From Thermodesulfobacteriota bacterium (GTDB taxonomy: Bacteria > Desulfobacterota_D > UBA1144 > Nemesobacterales > UBA2774): DNA of 64,000 nucleotides. This document shows positions 1-9,480 of the stretch, piece by piece (the first letter of the stretch is position 1; each line of letters begins with the position of its first letter). The translations under genes were made by a program, and so were the position numbers. Under the pieces are notes generated by a model that worked only from the letters and a program-made list of their open reading frames with translations, was not told the DNA's origin and did not search any database. The stretch lies in the NCBI GenBank assembly GCA_965216785.1, contig OZ244197.1, positions 576,001-640,000 on the forward strand. Direction: 5' to 3'.

Positions 1-1701
1 CAGTTTTTCGAACAAAACCTCTCTGAGCTGAAGAGGGGAATTAAGATTAAACTCATGTCCGACCTCGGAGTATATGTCCTTTTCAATCTCTTTAAGCCCG
101 TGACTAAACTCTTTTGAAAGCTCTCCGAGCTTATCGGCATCTATCCTGACGCCGTTCATCTCGATACGCGCGAGCACCTCTATAAATCTGAGCTCGGTAT
201 CTGTGAATACCTCTGTCAGTCCGTATTCTTCGAGCTTGGGCGTAAGTAGGCGGCTGAGTATAAACGCAACGTCCGAGTCTTCGCACGCGTAGTCCCTGGC
301 CACTTCAAGCTCGACCTCGTCAAAGCCTATCTTGGACTTACCTGTCCCGGTTACGTCTTTGTAGCTTATCATTTTGTGCTCGAGGTAGATTTTGGAGAGC
401 TCGTCCAGGCTATAGCTCTGCCTGGAGGAATCTATCATGTGCGCGGCTATCATGGTATCAAACGATATGCCATTTAACTTGATACCGTTTCGCTCAAGCA
501 CTACGATTTCGTACTTTAAGTTCTGGCCTATCTTCTTTATTTTCTCATCTTCCAGTACGGGTTTCAGAGCGCTTATTACATAGGAGAGATCTAGCTGCTT
601 TGTAGAGGCGTCCTTGAGCGCGCGGTGCGCCACGGGGACGTAATATGCCTCGTGTGGAGCGGGACATAGAACAAATCCCACAATGTGGGCAAGCATGGGC
701 TCGGGGGAAGTGGTTTCGAGATCAATTGAGAGAACACCCTCTTTTTTTATTCTAGCTATTACATCTTTAAGGCCCGTTTTGGTTAAAATAAGCTTGTATT
801 TATCATAGGGGACAGAACTGGACTCCTCTTTTTCGAGCTCTGCGTCGTCACTATCGCCAAGCTCGCGAAGAAGGTTCTTAAACTCGAGCTCTAAGAATAA
901 TTTTCTCAGTTTTTTCTCGTCAACTCCTTCGTACTTGTATTTATCCAGTCCGGTTTCGACATCGACGTCTGTTTTTATCGTTACAAGCTCTTTACTAAGG
1001 CGCGCCATGTCCAGGTGCTCTTCAATTAAGCTCTTCTGACGGGGAGTCAGCTCGTCAAGGTGCTCCAGCAGCTCGTCAAACGAGCCATAGGCGCTTATAA
1101 GGCTTACAGCTGTCTTCTCGCCTATTCCCTTTACACCCGGAATGTTGTCCACGGAGTCGCCCATAAGAGTAAAGACATCTATTACTCTTTCAGGGAGGAC
1201 GCCGTATTTTTCAATGACGTCATTCACACGAGTCTCTTTATTCTTCATCGTATCTAGAAGAGTGACCTTATCGGTAACGAGCTGAGCGAAGTCTTTATCC
1301 CCTGTGACGAGTACTACGTCAACACTATCTTTGGATACCTCTTTGGCAATAGTTCCCATAAGATCGTCCGCCTCAAAGCCTTCCTGCTGAATCCGGGTTA
1401 TGTTGAAAGCGTCTACCATATCAAATATTTTCTGGAACTGAGGGACCAGGTCTTCGGGCGGCGCCGTTCTGTTGGCTTTGTACTCTGGATAAATATCGTT
1501 TCTGAAAACATCGCCCTTGGAGTCAAAGACCATGCCCAGGTACTCAGGGTTATAGTCTTTTAAAAACTTGAACAGCATCGCCGTGAAACCGTAAACGGCA
1601 TTTGTGGGAAAACCTTTTGAATTGCTCAGATGCCTGAGCGCGTAGTAGGCGCGGAAGATGTAGGAGCTTCCGTCTATGAGGTACAGGATGGGTTTTTCCA
1701 T
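1..1701 (-). CDS. polA: DNA polymerase I, N-terminal 567 codons (5'-3' exonuclease, 3'-5' exonuclease, start of polymerase domain); truncated by window edge
   Basis: Not in the ORF track. Manual translation from ATG at 1701 gives MEKPILYLIDGSSYIFRAYYALRHLSNSKGFPTNAVYGF...YKANRTAPPEDL...EADDLMGT...LMGDSVDNIPGVKGIGEKTA...SIDLETT. Confidence 0.97.
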   Translation of the reverse strand, partial: MEKPILYLIDGSSYIFRAYYALRHLSNSKGFPTNAVYGFTAMLFKFLKDYNPEYLGMVFDSKGDVFRNDIYPEYKANRTAPPEDLVPQFQKIFDMVDAFNITRIQQEGFEADDLMGTIAKEVSKDSVDVVLVTGDKDFAQLVTDKVTLLDTMKNKETRVNDVIEKYGVLPERVIDVFTLMGDSVDNIPGVKGIGEKTAVSLISAYGSFDELLEHLDELTPRQKSLIEEHLDMARLSKELVTIKTDVDVETGLDKYKYEGVDEKKLRKLFLELEFKNLLRELGDSDDAELEKEESSSVPYDKYKLILTKTGLKDVIARIKKEGVLSIDLETTSPEPMLAHIVGFVLCPAPHEAYYVPVAHRALKDASTKQLDLSYVISALKPVLEDEKIKKIGQNLKYEIVVLERNGIKLNGISFDTMIAAHMIDSSRQSYSLDELSKIYLEHKMISYKDVTGTGKSKIGFDEVELEVARDYACEDSDVAFILSRLLTPKLEEYGLTEVFTDTELRFIEVLARIEMNGVRIDADKLGELSKEFSHGLKEIEKDIYSEVGHEFNLNSPLQLREVLFEKL

Positions 1702-1709
1702 AGGACTGT

Positions 1710-1738
1710 AGTGTAGGTTTTAAAGAGAGGAGTGTCAA
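1710..1738 (-). promoter_or_regulatory. sigma70-type promoter of polA
   Basis: TTGACA (1738-1733), 17 nt spacer, TACACT (1715-1710); 8 nt upstream of the ATG. Confidence 0.65.
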
Positions 1739-1821
1739 AGATGGGATTACCGGAGCTCGTTTGGAAACTTGCAACGGCAAGAATTTCCAAAGTAGACAAA
1801 AAAAAGATAAACTAAAGTATA

Positions 1822-2166
1822 ATGGGATATTTAATAATAAGCTGGCTGATTAGCGCTGTGAGCCTACTCATTGTGGGCCAGGTTATACCAGGATTTGAGG
1901 TTGAAAGCTTTGGTTCTGCGCTTATTGCCGCGATAGTGATCGGGCTGATAAACGCGACTGTGGGGCTGTTCCTGAAAATAATCACCCTCCCAATATCTGT
2001 TCTAACATTTGGGGTATTCCTTCTAGTGATTAACGCCCTAATGCTGATGTTCGCGTCCTCACTGCTCTCCGGGTTTACGGTAACGGGTTTTTGGGCAGCG
2101 TTTTTCGGCGCTGTCGTGCTGGCAATAGTCAATATGGTTTTCAGGAGTATTATCGGGACGGACTAA
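1822..2166 (+). CDS. YvlD/DUF360-type 4-TM membrane protein ('phage holin family IV')
   Basis: 114 aa, four hydrophobic helices, motif LKIITLPISVLTFGVFLLVINALML. Confidence 0.85.
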   Translation: MGYLIISWLISAVSLLIVGQVIPGFEVESFGSALIAAIVIGLINATVGLFLKIITLPISVLTFGVFLLVINALMLMFASSLLSGFTVTGFWAAFFGAVVLAIVNMVFRSIIGTD

Positions 2167-2171
2167 TGAGC

Positions 2172-3197
2172 TTACTTATGGGGCTCGACGATAATCTTGA
2201 TTGAATCCTGAGCTTCCTCAACCATGCGGAAGCCCTGCCCTGTTTCCTCAAGCGGTAGCCTATGAGTGACCATATCACCTACATTTACCCGCTTTGCTCT
2301 TATAAGCTCTAGAGCCTGGGCCAGGTCTGCCGGTGAAGCGGCATAGGAGCTTACAGTCTTTATCCCCGACCACCAGAAATCGTTAAACGGAATCTCGACC
2401 TTGGTATCGGGTCCGGAGGGGGCGAAGAATAGAATCGATCCTCCGGGCTCTACAAGCGTAAATGCCTGCTCGATTGCGGCCTGTGCGCCCGTACATACAA
2501 CGACAAAATCCACCAGCCTACCGGAATTGAGGTCCCTGATATGGGGATCTAGGTCTTTATCCGCATGAACGGAGCTATCGGCGCCAAAGTCGGTCGCGGC
2601 TTTAAGCCGGTGCTCGTTTACGTCGGTAGCTATGATGCGTCCCGCGCCAAGAGCCTTCGCCAGCTGAATATGCAGAAGGCCCGTGATACCGCTCCCCATT
2701 ACGAGCACGCTTGAGGTAAGTGTAAATCCAGCCAAACGCTGTCCCCTTACGACACAGCCCAAAGGCTCAACGAATGAACCCTCTTCATATGAGACTTCAT
2801 CGGGCAGCTTGAGAACCCCTCTGTCAACGTTAATAGCCGGGACGCGGATGTACTCTGAAAACCCGCCCGGATCAAAGTGGGTAGACCTTAAAGTAGAGCA
2901 TGATGAATGATTGTCCCTTAGGCAGTGATAACATGTGTTGCAGGGAACGTGGTGGGTGGCGATAACTCGGTCACCGGGCGTGAATTTCTCTACACCCTCT
3001 CCTACCTCCGTAACCTCGCCGGTTATCTCGTGTCCAAGAACAAGGGGCGCTTTCGGAAGTCTGTACCATTCCATCAAATCGCTCCCGCAGATGCCGCTTG
3101 CGTACACCCGTATGAGTATCTCACCGGGACCGATCTTTGGAACGGGAAGCTCCTCAAGACGTAAGTCCCGGTTGTTATAGTACATGGCTACGCGCAT
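2172..3197 (-). CDS. Zn-dependent alcohol/polyol dehydrogenase (MDR family)
   Basis: GICGSD, GHE, structural Zn motif CNTCYHC..C, GSGITG NAD-binding motif. Confidence 0.92.
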   Translation of the reverse strand: MRVAMYYNNRDLRLEELPVPKIGPGEILIRVYASGICGSDLMEWYRLPKAPLVLGHEITGEVTEVGEGVEKFTPGDRVIATHHVPCNTCYHCLRDNHSSCSTLRSTHFDPGGFSEYIRVPAINVDRGVLKLPDEVSYEEGSFVEPLGCVVRGQRLAGFTLTSSVLVMGSGITGLLHIQLAKALGAGRIIATDVNEHRLKAATDFGADSSVHADKDLDPHIRDLNSGRLVDFVVVCTGAQAAIEQAFTLVEPGGSILFFAPSGPDTKVEIPFNDFWWSGIKTVSSYAASPADLAQALELIRAKRVNVGDMVTHRLPLEETGQGFRMVEEAQDSIKIIVEPHK

Positions 3198-3248
3198 TGG
3201 ATGATCCTTAAGATAAGCGTGAAATCCTCTATTGTGATACCGCGGAGC

Positions 3249-4064
3249 TTATGCATTGGCTGCTTTAGCAGTCTCTTCATCCTTTACTGTGAGAAAGAGA
3301 TCGTGCGCCTGTTTTGCGTTATTACCCTCGTGAACTATGGAGCGTATCGCCCTGATAATGGCTACGGGGTGATCGTTCTGCCAGATGTTTCTTCCCATAT
3401 CCACGCCGATTGCTCCCTGCTGGATGGCGCTGTACGTCATCTCGAGAACGTCCATTTCGGTCTCGAGCTTGGGCCCGCCCGCTATGACAATGGGCGCGGG
3501 GCAGGTGGAGGTAACTTTCTCAAAATCTTCACAGTAGTATGTCTTAACAATATGCGTTCCTAGCTCGGCGCATATCCTGCAGCATAGAGACAAATAACGG
3601 GCGTCTCTTTTCTCAAGCTCTTTGCCTACAGCGGTAATACCGAGCACGGGGATTCCGTACTTTTCGCCCTGATTTACAAGCTCCGCAAGATTGAGAAGGG
3701 TCTGGCGTTCATGATCGCTGCCTACGAACACCGAAATCCCAACACCGGCCACATTGAGCCTGATGGCTTCTTCGAAGGAAGTGGTGAGCCCTTCGTCTGT
3801 AAGATCGGGACCTATGATGCTTGTGCCGCCGGAGACTCTGAGCACTACGTTTGTAGCGGCCTGTGGGTCAACCGAGGAGCGGAGCACGCCTCTTGTGAGC
3901 ATTATGGTGTCTGCGTAGGGAAGGAGCGGCTCAATGGTTTTACGCGGGTTCTCAAGCCTATGAGTAGGCCCGAGGAAGTACCCGTGGTCGAGCGCAAGCA
4001 TTACTGCTTTACCCGTCTCGGGATTTATAATTCTGGACATTCTGTTTTTCATACCCCAGTCCAT
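3249..4064 (-). CDS. lsrF: LsrF-type class I aldolase/thiolase (DhnA family)
   Basis: MDWGMKNRMSRI, LALDHGYFLGP, IVKTYYC, IAGGPK, GVDMGRNIWQ. Start set at ATG 4064 behind RBS GAGAGG; the longer ORF extension is judged spurious. Confidence 0.88.
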   Translation of the reverse strand: MDWGMKNRMSRIINPETGKAVMLALDHGYFLGPTHRLENPRKTIEPLLPYADTIMLTRGVLRSSVDPQAATNVVLRVSGGTSIIGPDLTDEGLTTSFEEAIRLNVAGVGISVFVGSDHERQTLLNLAELVNQGEKYGIPVLGITAVGKELEKRDARYLSLCCRICAELGTHIVKTYYCEDFEKVTSTCPAPIVIAGGPKLETEMDVLEMTYSAIQQGAIGVDMGRNIWQNDHPVAIIRAIRSIVHEGNNAKQAHDLFLTVKDEETAKAANA

Positions 4065-4499
4065 ATCGATATTACCTCTCTTTTTTAGGAATATTTGAGA
4101 GGAAATGTAAAATAAGGCACGGAAAATGTCAATTAAACCCGTGCGCCGAGGAGATTTCGCACACTCCCTTAGTTCGTAGAATAGGGATAAAAAAACTTTT
4201 TTCACACAAAATTAACACTTCTCTGGTATATTTTAGTATATAAATCAAATGAGAAGTACTGTTTCGCTCACATAATTTTCACCCCACCCCCATATTTCGC
4301 AATTGCACATAGCCTGCCTAAAACATTAATTATTATTACATAATTACAGTAGATTAATGGACTCTACAGGCAACGCATTTGCGAAAATACTACTTGACTG
4401 CGTAGCGGAAGCCCTTAAATTTATATATATGAACGATATAAACTCAAATAGGTACGATGCGAGACTGGAAAAGCTCAACGGACAAAGAGGTGTAAGAAC

Positions 4500-5462
4500 A
4501 TGACTGCGGATCAGTCGGGAATAGTGCCGGTAAACGATATAAACATGTACTATGAAATTCATGGTGAAGGAGAGCCCCTGCTGCTGATTGAGGGCCTCGG
4601 GTACTCGAGCTGGATGTGGTATAAGCAAATCCCTGAGCTCTCCAAGGAATACCGCGTGATTGTTTACGACAACAGGGGAGTCGGGCGCTCCGATAAACCT
4701 GATTCAGAGTACACGATCGAACTCATGGCTGATGACGCGGCAGCGCTTCTTACCGTTCTAGGAGTGGAGTCAGCTCACGTGCTGGGAGTCTCTATGGGAG
4801 GCTATATCGCTCAGGAGCTTGCGCTCAGACACCCTGAGAAAGTAAGGAGCTTAATACTTGCCGGCACGAACAAGGGAGAAGGAAATTCGCTCAATAAAAA
4901 TTCGAGTCTCTTAAACGGTTATCTGAAACTGTGGGGGTTACTGCCGGGGATGCTGGAGATAAGCGGGAAAGCAAGCGTGCCCTCAATTAACCATAATTAT
5001 GGAGTGTCCAAAGAGGACAAGATAATGTACGGCCTGTCTGTCGCGCTCTCAAGGGAATTTTTCAGGGACCATCCCGAAGAGATCGACCGAATTGTTAAGT
5101 GGAGATTAGAGAACCCTCAACCGGGCTACGCATGAAAGCGTCAGTTCGCAGCCGGAATTAATTTTGACTCAGGCGGTAGAGCTCAGGAAATCAGGGTCCC
5201 TACCCTGATCGTTTCGGGGTCTCAGGACAATATTGTGTCTACGGAGAGCTCCATAAAGCTTGCGGAGGCAATTCCGGGGGCAAAGGTTGAAATCTTACCG
5301 AGAGCCGGTCATTTACTCTTTATCGAGCGCTCAGGGGAGTTTAACGAGCTTACACTCGGGTTCTTGGATTACCTGAGCGAAAAAGAAGATAAATTTTCGA
5401 AGCAGGAGCCGGTAAAGCTTGGGATGTTGAAAAAGCTCTTACCACTTTCAAAACAGGGATGA
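4500..5462 (+). pseudogene. alpha/beta hydrolase interrupted by one in-frame TGA at 5133-5135
   Basis: GVSMGG nucleophile elbow in ORF 4500-5135. The same frame continues after TGA as KRQFAAGINFD...VPTLIVSGSQDNIV...AGHLLFIE, supplying the catalytic Asp and His, to a stop at 5462. Confidence 0.8.
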
Positions 5463-5472
5463 AGAAGAGGGA

Positions 5473-6651
5473 TTAAATCCCGCACCTGTCCTTAGCATAC
5501 TTAAACGCTTCTAGAGCAGTGTCTATGTGCTCGTCCGTGTGCATCGCCATTAGAGTTGCTCTGATCCTGGACATTCCGTGAGGAACTGAAGGGGGGCGTA
5601 CAGCAGGGGTAAACACTCCTTTTTCTCTTAGCACCGCGGCGAACTCCACTGCGGGTCCGGCTTCACCTATAAGCACCGGCACTACAGCAGAATCAGAGGG
5701 TAGTATCTTAAGCCCGATTGTCTCAAGCTCACTTTTGAATCTATTAATTAACCGCCACAGGCGCTCTCTTCGTTCAGGCTCGTTCTCGATAATATCTATC
5801 GCGGCAATCGAGGCGGCAAGTGAAGAGGCGGGGAGCGAGGTATCGAAGATGTAGGATCTCACCCGGTTTCTAATAAAGTCAATTAGCTCCTGACTACCCG
5901 CTATATAACCTCCTAGAGAACCAACCGCTTTTGAAAGGGTGCCCATGACTACGGGGACGCGGCTCTCTACACCGAAGTGCTCTGTGGCTCCGCTCCCCTT
6001 CTCTCCAAGCACCCCGGTTGCGTGGGCCTCATCAACCATGAGCATAGCTCCGTACTTTTCTGCCAGTTGAACCAAATCGGGCAAAGGAGCGAGGTCACCG
6101 TCCATACTAAAGACAGTATCAGTCACGATGAGCTTTCGGGAAGGAGCTCCGGCATCGGCTTTTAATACCGATTCAAGAAACTCCATATCGAGGTGACGGT
6201 ATACCCTGACACTGGCCTTCGAGAGACGGCAGCCGTCAATAATCGATGCATGATTCAGCTCATCGCTGTAGACAATATCCCCCTCGCCTACAAGCGAGGA
6301 GATGGTTCCGACATTTGCGAGGTACCCGGAGCTAAATAGTATGGCCGCCTCGGTATTCTTAAAACGCGATAAATGTCCTTCAAGCTCACGGTGAAGATCG
6401 GAGCTTCCGCTGACGAGCCTCGAGCCGCCGGAGCCTGTGCCGTATTTCTCTAGCGCAAGCCTTGCGGCCTCTACAACCCTAGGGTCGACAGATAGCCCAA
6501 GGTAACTGTTGGAGGAAAGCAGTATGTGGCTCTTTCCGTTTATAGTAATTTCAGGGGACTGTCCGCTCTCTATATGCGTGAGAGTACGGAAAAGGTTTTT
6601 GTCATTAACTTGCTTTAATTCTTCTAATATCCAGTCAAGAGGGTCTTTCAT
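5473..6651 (-). CDS. bioF: 8-amino-7-oxononanoate synthase
   Basis: SSNSYLGL, GSGGSRLVSG, NHASIIDG, VDEAHATG, GTLSKA (PLP lysine); adjacent to bioA. Confidence 0.95.
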   Translation of the reverse strand: MKDPLDWILEELKQVNDKNLFRTLTHIESGQSPEITINGKSHILLSSNSYLGLSVDPRVVEAARLALEKYGTGSGGSRLVSGSSDLHRELEGHLSRFKNTEAAILFSSGYLANVGTISSLVGEGDIVYSDELNHASIIDGCRLSKASVRVYRHLDMEFLESVLKADAGAPSRKLIVTDTVFSMDGDLAPLPDLVQLAEKYGAMLMVDEAHATGVLGEKGSGATEHFGVESRVPVVMGTLSKAVGSLGGYIAGSQELIDFIRNRVRSYIFDTSLPASSLAASIAAIDIIENEPERRERLWRLINRFKSELETIGLKILPSDSAVVPVLIGEAGPAVEFAAVLREKGVFTPAVRPPSVPHGMSRIRATLMAMHTDEHIDTALEAFKYAKDRCGI

Positions 6652-6690
6652 AGTCTAATACAAGATAGATTAAATGGATGTTGAGGTGTT

Positions 6691-8049
6691 TTAAAGCCCT
6701 TCGGTCGCGTTTTTAATTGAGCTGTATGTTACACGTAGAAGCTTTTTTAAATCATCCATGGGAATTCCAATGGGAGGCATTAGCACCACCACGTTTCCGA
6801 GGGGACGGATGAGCACTTCGTCTTCCATAGCCCGGTCCGCAACCTGCCAACCCATTTTGAGCTCGGGGGCATAGGGGGTCTTGGTCTCTTTATCTTCTAC
6901 AAGCTCGATACCCGCCATGAGTCCTTTGGACCTTACGTCCCCAACGTGCTTTAGGCCGCTGAACTCCCTGAGCTCATCTTCAAAGAGCTCGATCTTCTGG
7001 TCTAATTTTTCGAGAGTACTGTTGTTTTCAAACGCGTCCAGGTTGCCTATGGATGCCGCGCATGAGAGCGGGTTGCCGGCGTAGCTGTGACCGTGAAAAA
7101 ATGTTTTGAACTCTTCATAGTCCCCGAGAAAGGCCTCATATAACTCCTCTGTGGTAATGGTCGCCGAAAGAGGCAGGTATCCTCCTGTCATTCCCTTTCC
7201 GAGAACGAGTATATCGGGGGTTACCTGATCGTGCTCACATGCAAACATCTTGCCTGTTCGCCCAAACCCGGTGGCCACCTCATCCAGTATCATCAGCACG
7301 CCGTATTCGTCACAGTACTCTCTTACTTTTTTCAGATATCCCGGAGGTGATACGATCATGCCACCCGCCGCCTGCACGTAGGGCTCGAAGATCACTCCGA
7401 TAATCTGTTTATTGTGTTCCCTTAGTATTTTTTCAACCCCATCGGCGCACGCGAGATCGCACGACGGGTAGGATTTATTGAGCGGGCATCTGTAGCAATA
7501 ATATGAAGGAGCTTTGTAGTTCTCGATTAACAGGGGCTCAAACGCTGAATGGAACAAATCGATCCCCCCTACAGAAACGGCGCCCAGCGTATCTCCGTGA
7601 TACCCGTTCTCTAGGCTGATGAATTTAGTTTTTTCAGGCTTTCCCTTTAGCTTCCAGTATTGAAATGCCATTTTTAGTGCAACTTCCACAGCGCTTGCTC
7701 CGTCTCCTGAATAGAAAACCTTGCTTAAACCTGGAGGGCAGATATCTATAAGACGCTTAGCGAGCTCTGAAGCGGGAGGGTTAGTCACGCCTAAAAGAGT
7801 GCTGTGCGAAAGTCTGTCGACCTGCTCTTTTATTGAATTGTCGATCTCGGGCACTTTGTGGCCGTGAATATTGACCCAGAGGGAGGAAACGCCGTCAATG
7901 TATCTTTTACCTTCGGTATCGATTAAATAGGCCCCGTCGCCGCTCTCTATGACCACAGGGTCTTTCTCCCTATACTCCTTCATTTGAGTAAACGGGTGCC
8001 AGACGAACTGCTTGTCATACTCACCTAATTTTTTCGTTCGATCGGACAT
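6691..8049 (-). CDS. bioA: adenosylmethionine-8-amino-7-oxononanoate transaminase
   Basis: VWHPFTQM, SSLWVNIHGH, YHGDTLGA, DEVATGFGRTG, FFHGHSYAGNPL. Confidence 0.96.
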   Translation of the reverse strand: MSDRTKKLGEYDKQFVWHPFTQMKEYREKDPVVIESGDGAYLIDTEGKRYIDGVSSLWVNIHGHKVPEIDNSIKEQVDRLSHSTLLGVTNPPASELAKRLIDICPPGLSKVFYSGDGASAVEVALKMAFQYWKLKGKPEKTKFISLENGYHGDTLGAVSVGGIDLFHSAFEPLLIENYKAPSYYCYRCPLNKSYPSCDLACADGVEKILREHNKQIIGVIFEPYVQAAGGMIVSPPGYLKKVREYCDEYGVLMILDEVATGFGRTGKMFACEHDQVTPDILVLGKGMTGGYLPLSATITTEELYEAFLGDYEEFKTFFHGHSYAGNPLSCAASIGNLDAFENNSTLEKLDQKIELFEDELREFSGLKHVGDVRSKGLMAGIELVEDKETKTPYAPELKMGWQVADRAMEDEVLIRPLGNVVVLMPPIGIPMDDLKKLLRVTYSSIKNATEGL

Positions 8050-8409
8050 GATAGTGTTTGAATACTAAATGAATTTAAATTATATTACATATTTTCTGAG
8101 GGGCATTTTTAGATCATTGAGCATTATTTGGGTAAGCCTCACAACTGATTAAAGCGAAGTTTTAGACTACAATAACGGCAATTAAAGTCAACAAAACCGA
8201 ACGCAGGCAAAGCAATTAACTGAATATATTGAATTATATCTGGTAAATCAGAAAATTTATAAGTAATATTATATCAACCAGATGATTCCGGTATACTAGG
8301 TCAAGTTATTAAAACCAATAAACTTGGGATTACACTAGAATATTGAAGCTCATGTGAGTATAGTGCTAATATAAAAGTGCCATGGCCACAGAAGGAGAAA
8401 GACAACATT

Positions 8410-8937
8410 ATGAAACAGGTTTTAACATTAGAAGAAGCTGCACAGTATCTTAAAATCGCTAAACCGACTCTTTACCGTTTGCTTGAAGACGGCAAAATCC
8501 CAGCGTTTAAAGTAGGAAACCAGTGGAGATTTACAAGGGAGCTTATAGATAAATGGCTTTGGGACCAGCTGCCGAAGAAAAAGAATATTCTGGTCGTAGA
8601 TGACGACAACTTAATATGTATGGATTTAAAGAAAATAATAACTTCTGACGGCCATGATGTCGTAACCACAAAAAGCGGTGAAGAAGCAAGCAACCTGATT
8701 GATGATTCAAATTTCCACCTTGTATTTTTGGATTTGATGCTGCCTGATATGGACGGCTTAGAGGTGCTTAAAAGAATAAAGGAATATAAAAGCAATTTGC
8801 CCGTCGTTATTATAACCGGGTACCCTGATAGTGAATTGATGAACCAGGCCCTTGAGCTTGGACCTATCTCTGTGCTTAAAAAACCGTTTAGCCGAAAACA
8901 GATTCAGAGTTTACTTAAGGTATTAAGCACTCCGTAA
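8410..8937 (+). CDS. response regulator with N-terminal excisionase-like HTH (HTH_17) and C-terminal receiver domain
   Basis: LTLEEAAQYLKIAKPTLYRL...IPAFKVGNQWRF followed by ILVVDDD...FLDLMLPDMDG...KPF. ATG 8410 follows AAGGAG; the ORF track starts at GTG 8377. Confidence 0.88.
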   Translation: MKQVLTLEEAAQYLKIAKPTLYRLLEDGKIPAFKVGNQWRFTRELIDKWLWDQLPKKKNILVVDDDNLICMDLKKIITSDGHDVVTTKSGEEASNLIDDSNFHLVFLDLMLPDMDGLEVLKRIKEYKSNLPVVIITGYPDSELMNQALELGPISVLKKPFSRKQIQSLLKVLSTP

Positions 8938-9021
8938 CCGGATGTAGCCGAAGTATATCACAGATAATAATATGATATAATATGCTGTCCCTTTATGAAA
9001 TAACTATAGAAGATAATTTAC

Positions 9022-9399
9022 GTGGCAACCATAATAATCGCTGAAGATGAAAAGATTGTAGCCAAAGACATAGAGAATAAACTAAAAAAGTCAGGCTATG
9101 AGATTCTGGGCGTAGTATCAACAGGAAAAGAGCTTCTGAATATAGTGTCGGAGTCAGCGCCTGACCTTGTGCTTATGGATATTAAGCTCGATGGGGAAAT
9201 GGACGGGATTGAGACTGCAACGAAGCTTAGGGATGGATATGATGTGCCTGTCGTTTATCTTACAGCATATGCTGACAAGCTGACACGAACACGTATTAAT
9301 AAGACCGAGCCGGGCGGTTATGTGCTTAAGCCCTTCAAACTGACCGAGTTAAGAGAGAGTATAGAGATTGCTCTTGGGAATAGCCCGACACAACAATAG
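9022..9399 (+). CDS. single-domain response regulator receiver
   Basis: IIIAEDE, LMDIKLDGEMDG, YLTAY, KPF. Confidence 0.9.
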   Translation: MATIIIAEDEKIVAKDIENKLKKSGYEILGVVSTGKELLNIVSESAPDLVLMDIKLDGEMDGIETATKLRDGYDVPVVYLTAYADKLTRTRINKTEPGGYVLKPFKLTELRESIEIALGNSPTQQ

Positions 9400-9480
9400 A
9401 ATATCACTCGTAAATCGTATACTCTTTTATAACAAACCCATCTTTATTCTGCAAACAACAAATTTGGGAGGTACACAGCC

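Noticed and set aside
1822-2166. Prophage suggested by a 'phage holin family' gene and by the excisionase-like HTH at 8410
   Set aside because: Both families are common chromosomal genes, and no integrase, capsid, terminase or att sites were seen.
4065-4205. N-terminal extension of LsrF
   Set aside because: The family-typical start MDWGMKNR has its own RBS at 4064.
4429-4503. 24-codon ORF overlapping the hydrolase start (ATGA)
   Set aside because: No RBS or notable composition; probably incidental.
5133-5135. Selenocysteine or genome-wide TGA recoding
   Set aside because: The position is not a catalytic Cys site and no convincing SECIS hairpin follows. TGA is a normal stop in other genes here (for example 10956, 23390, 42641), and TGG is used for Trp.
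8050-8409. BirA operator upstream of bioA
   Set aside because: No convincing TGTAAAC-N-GTTTACA-type inverted repeat was found.
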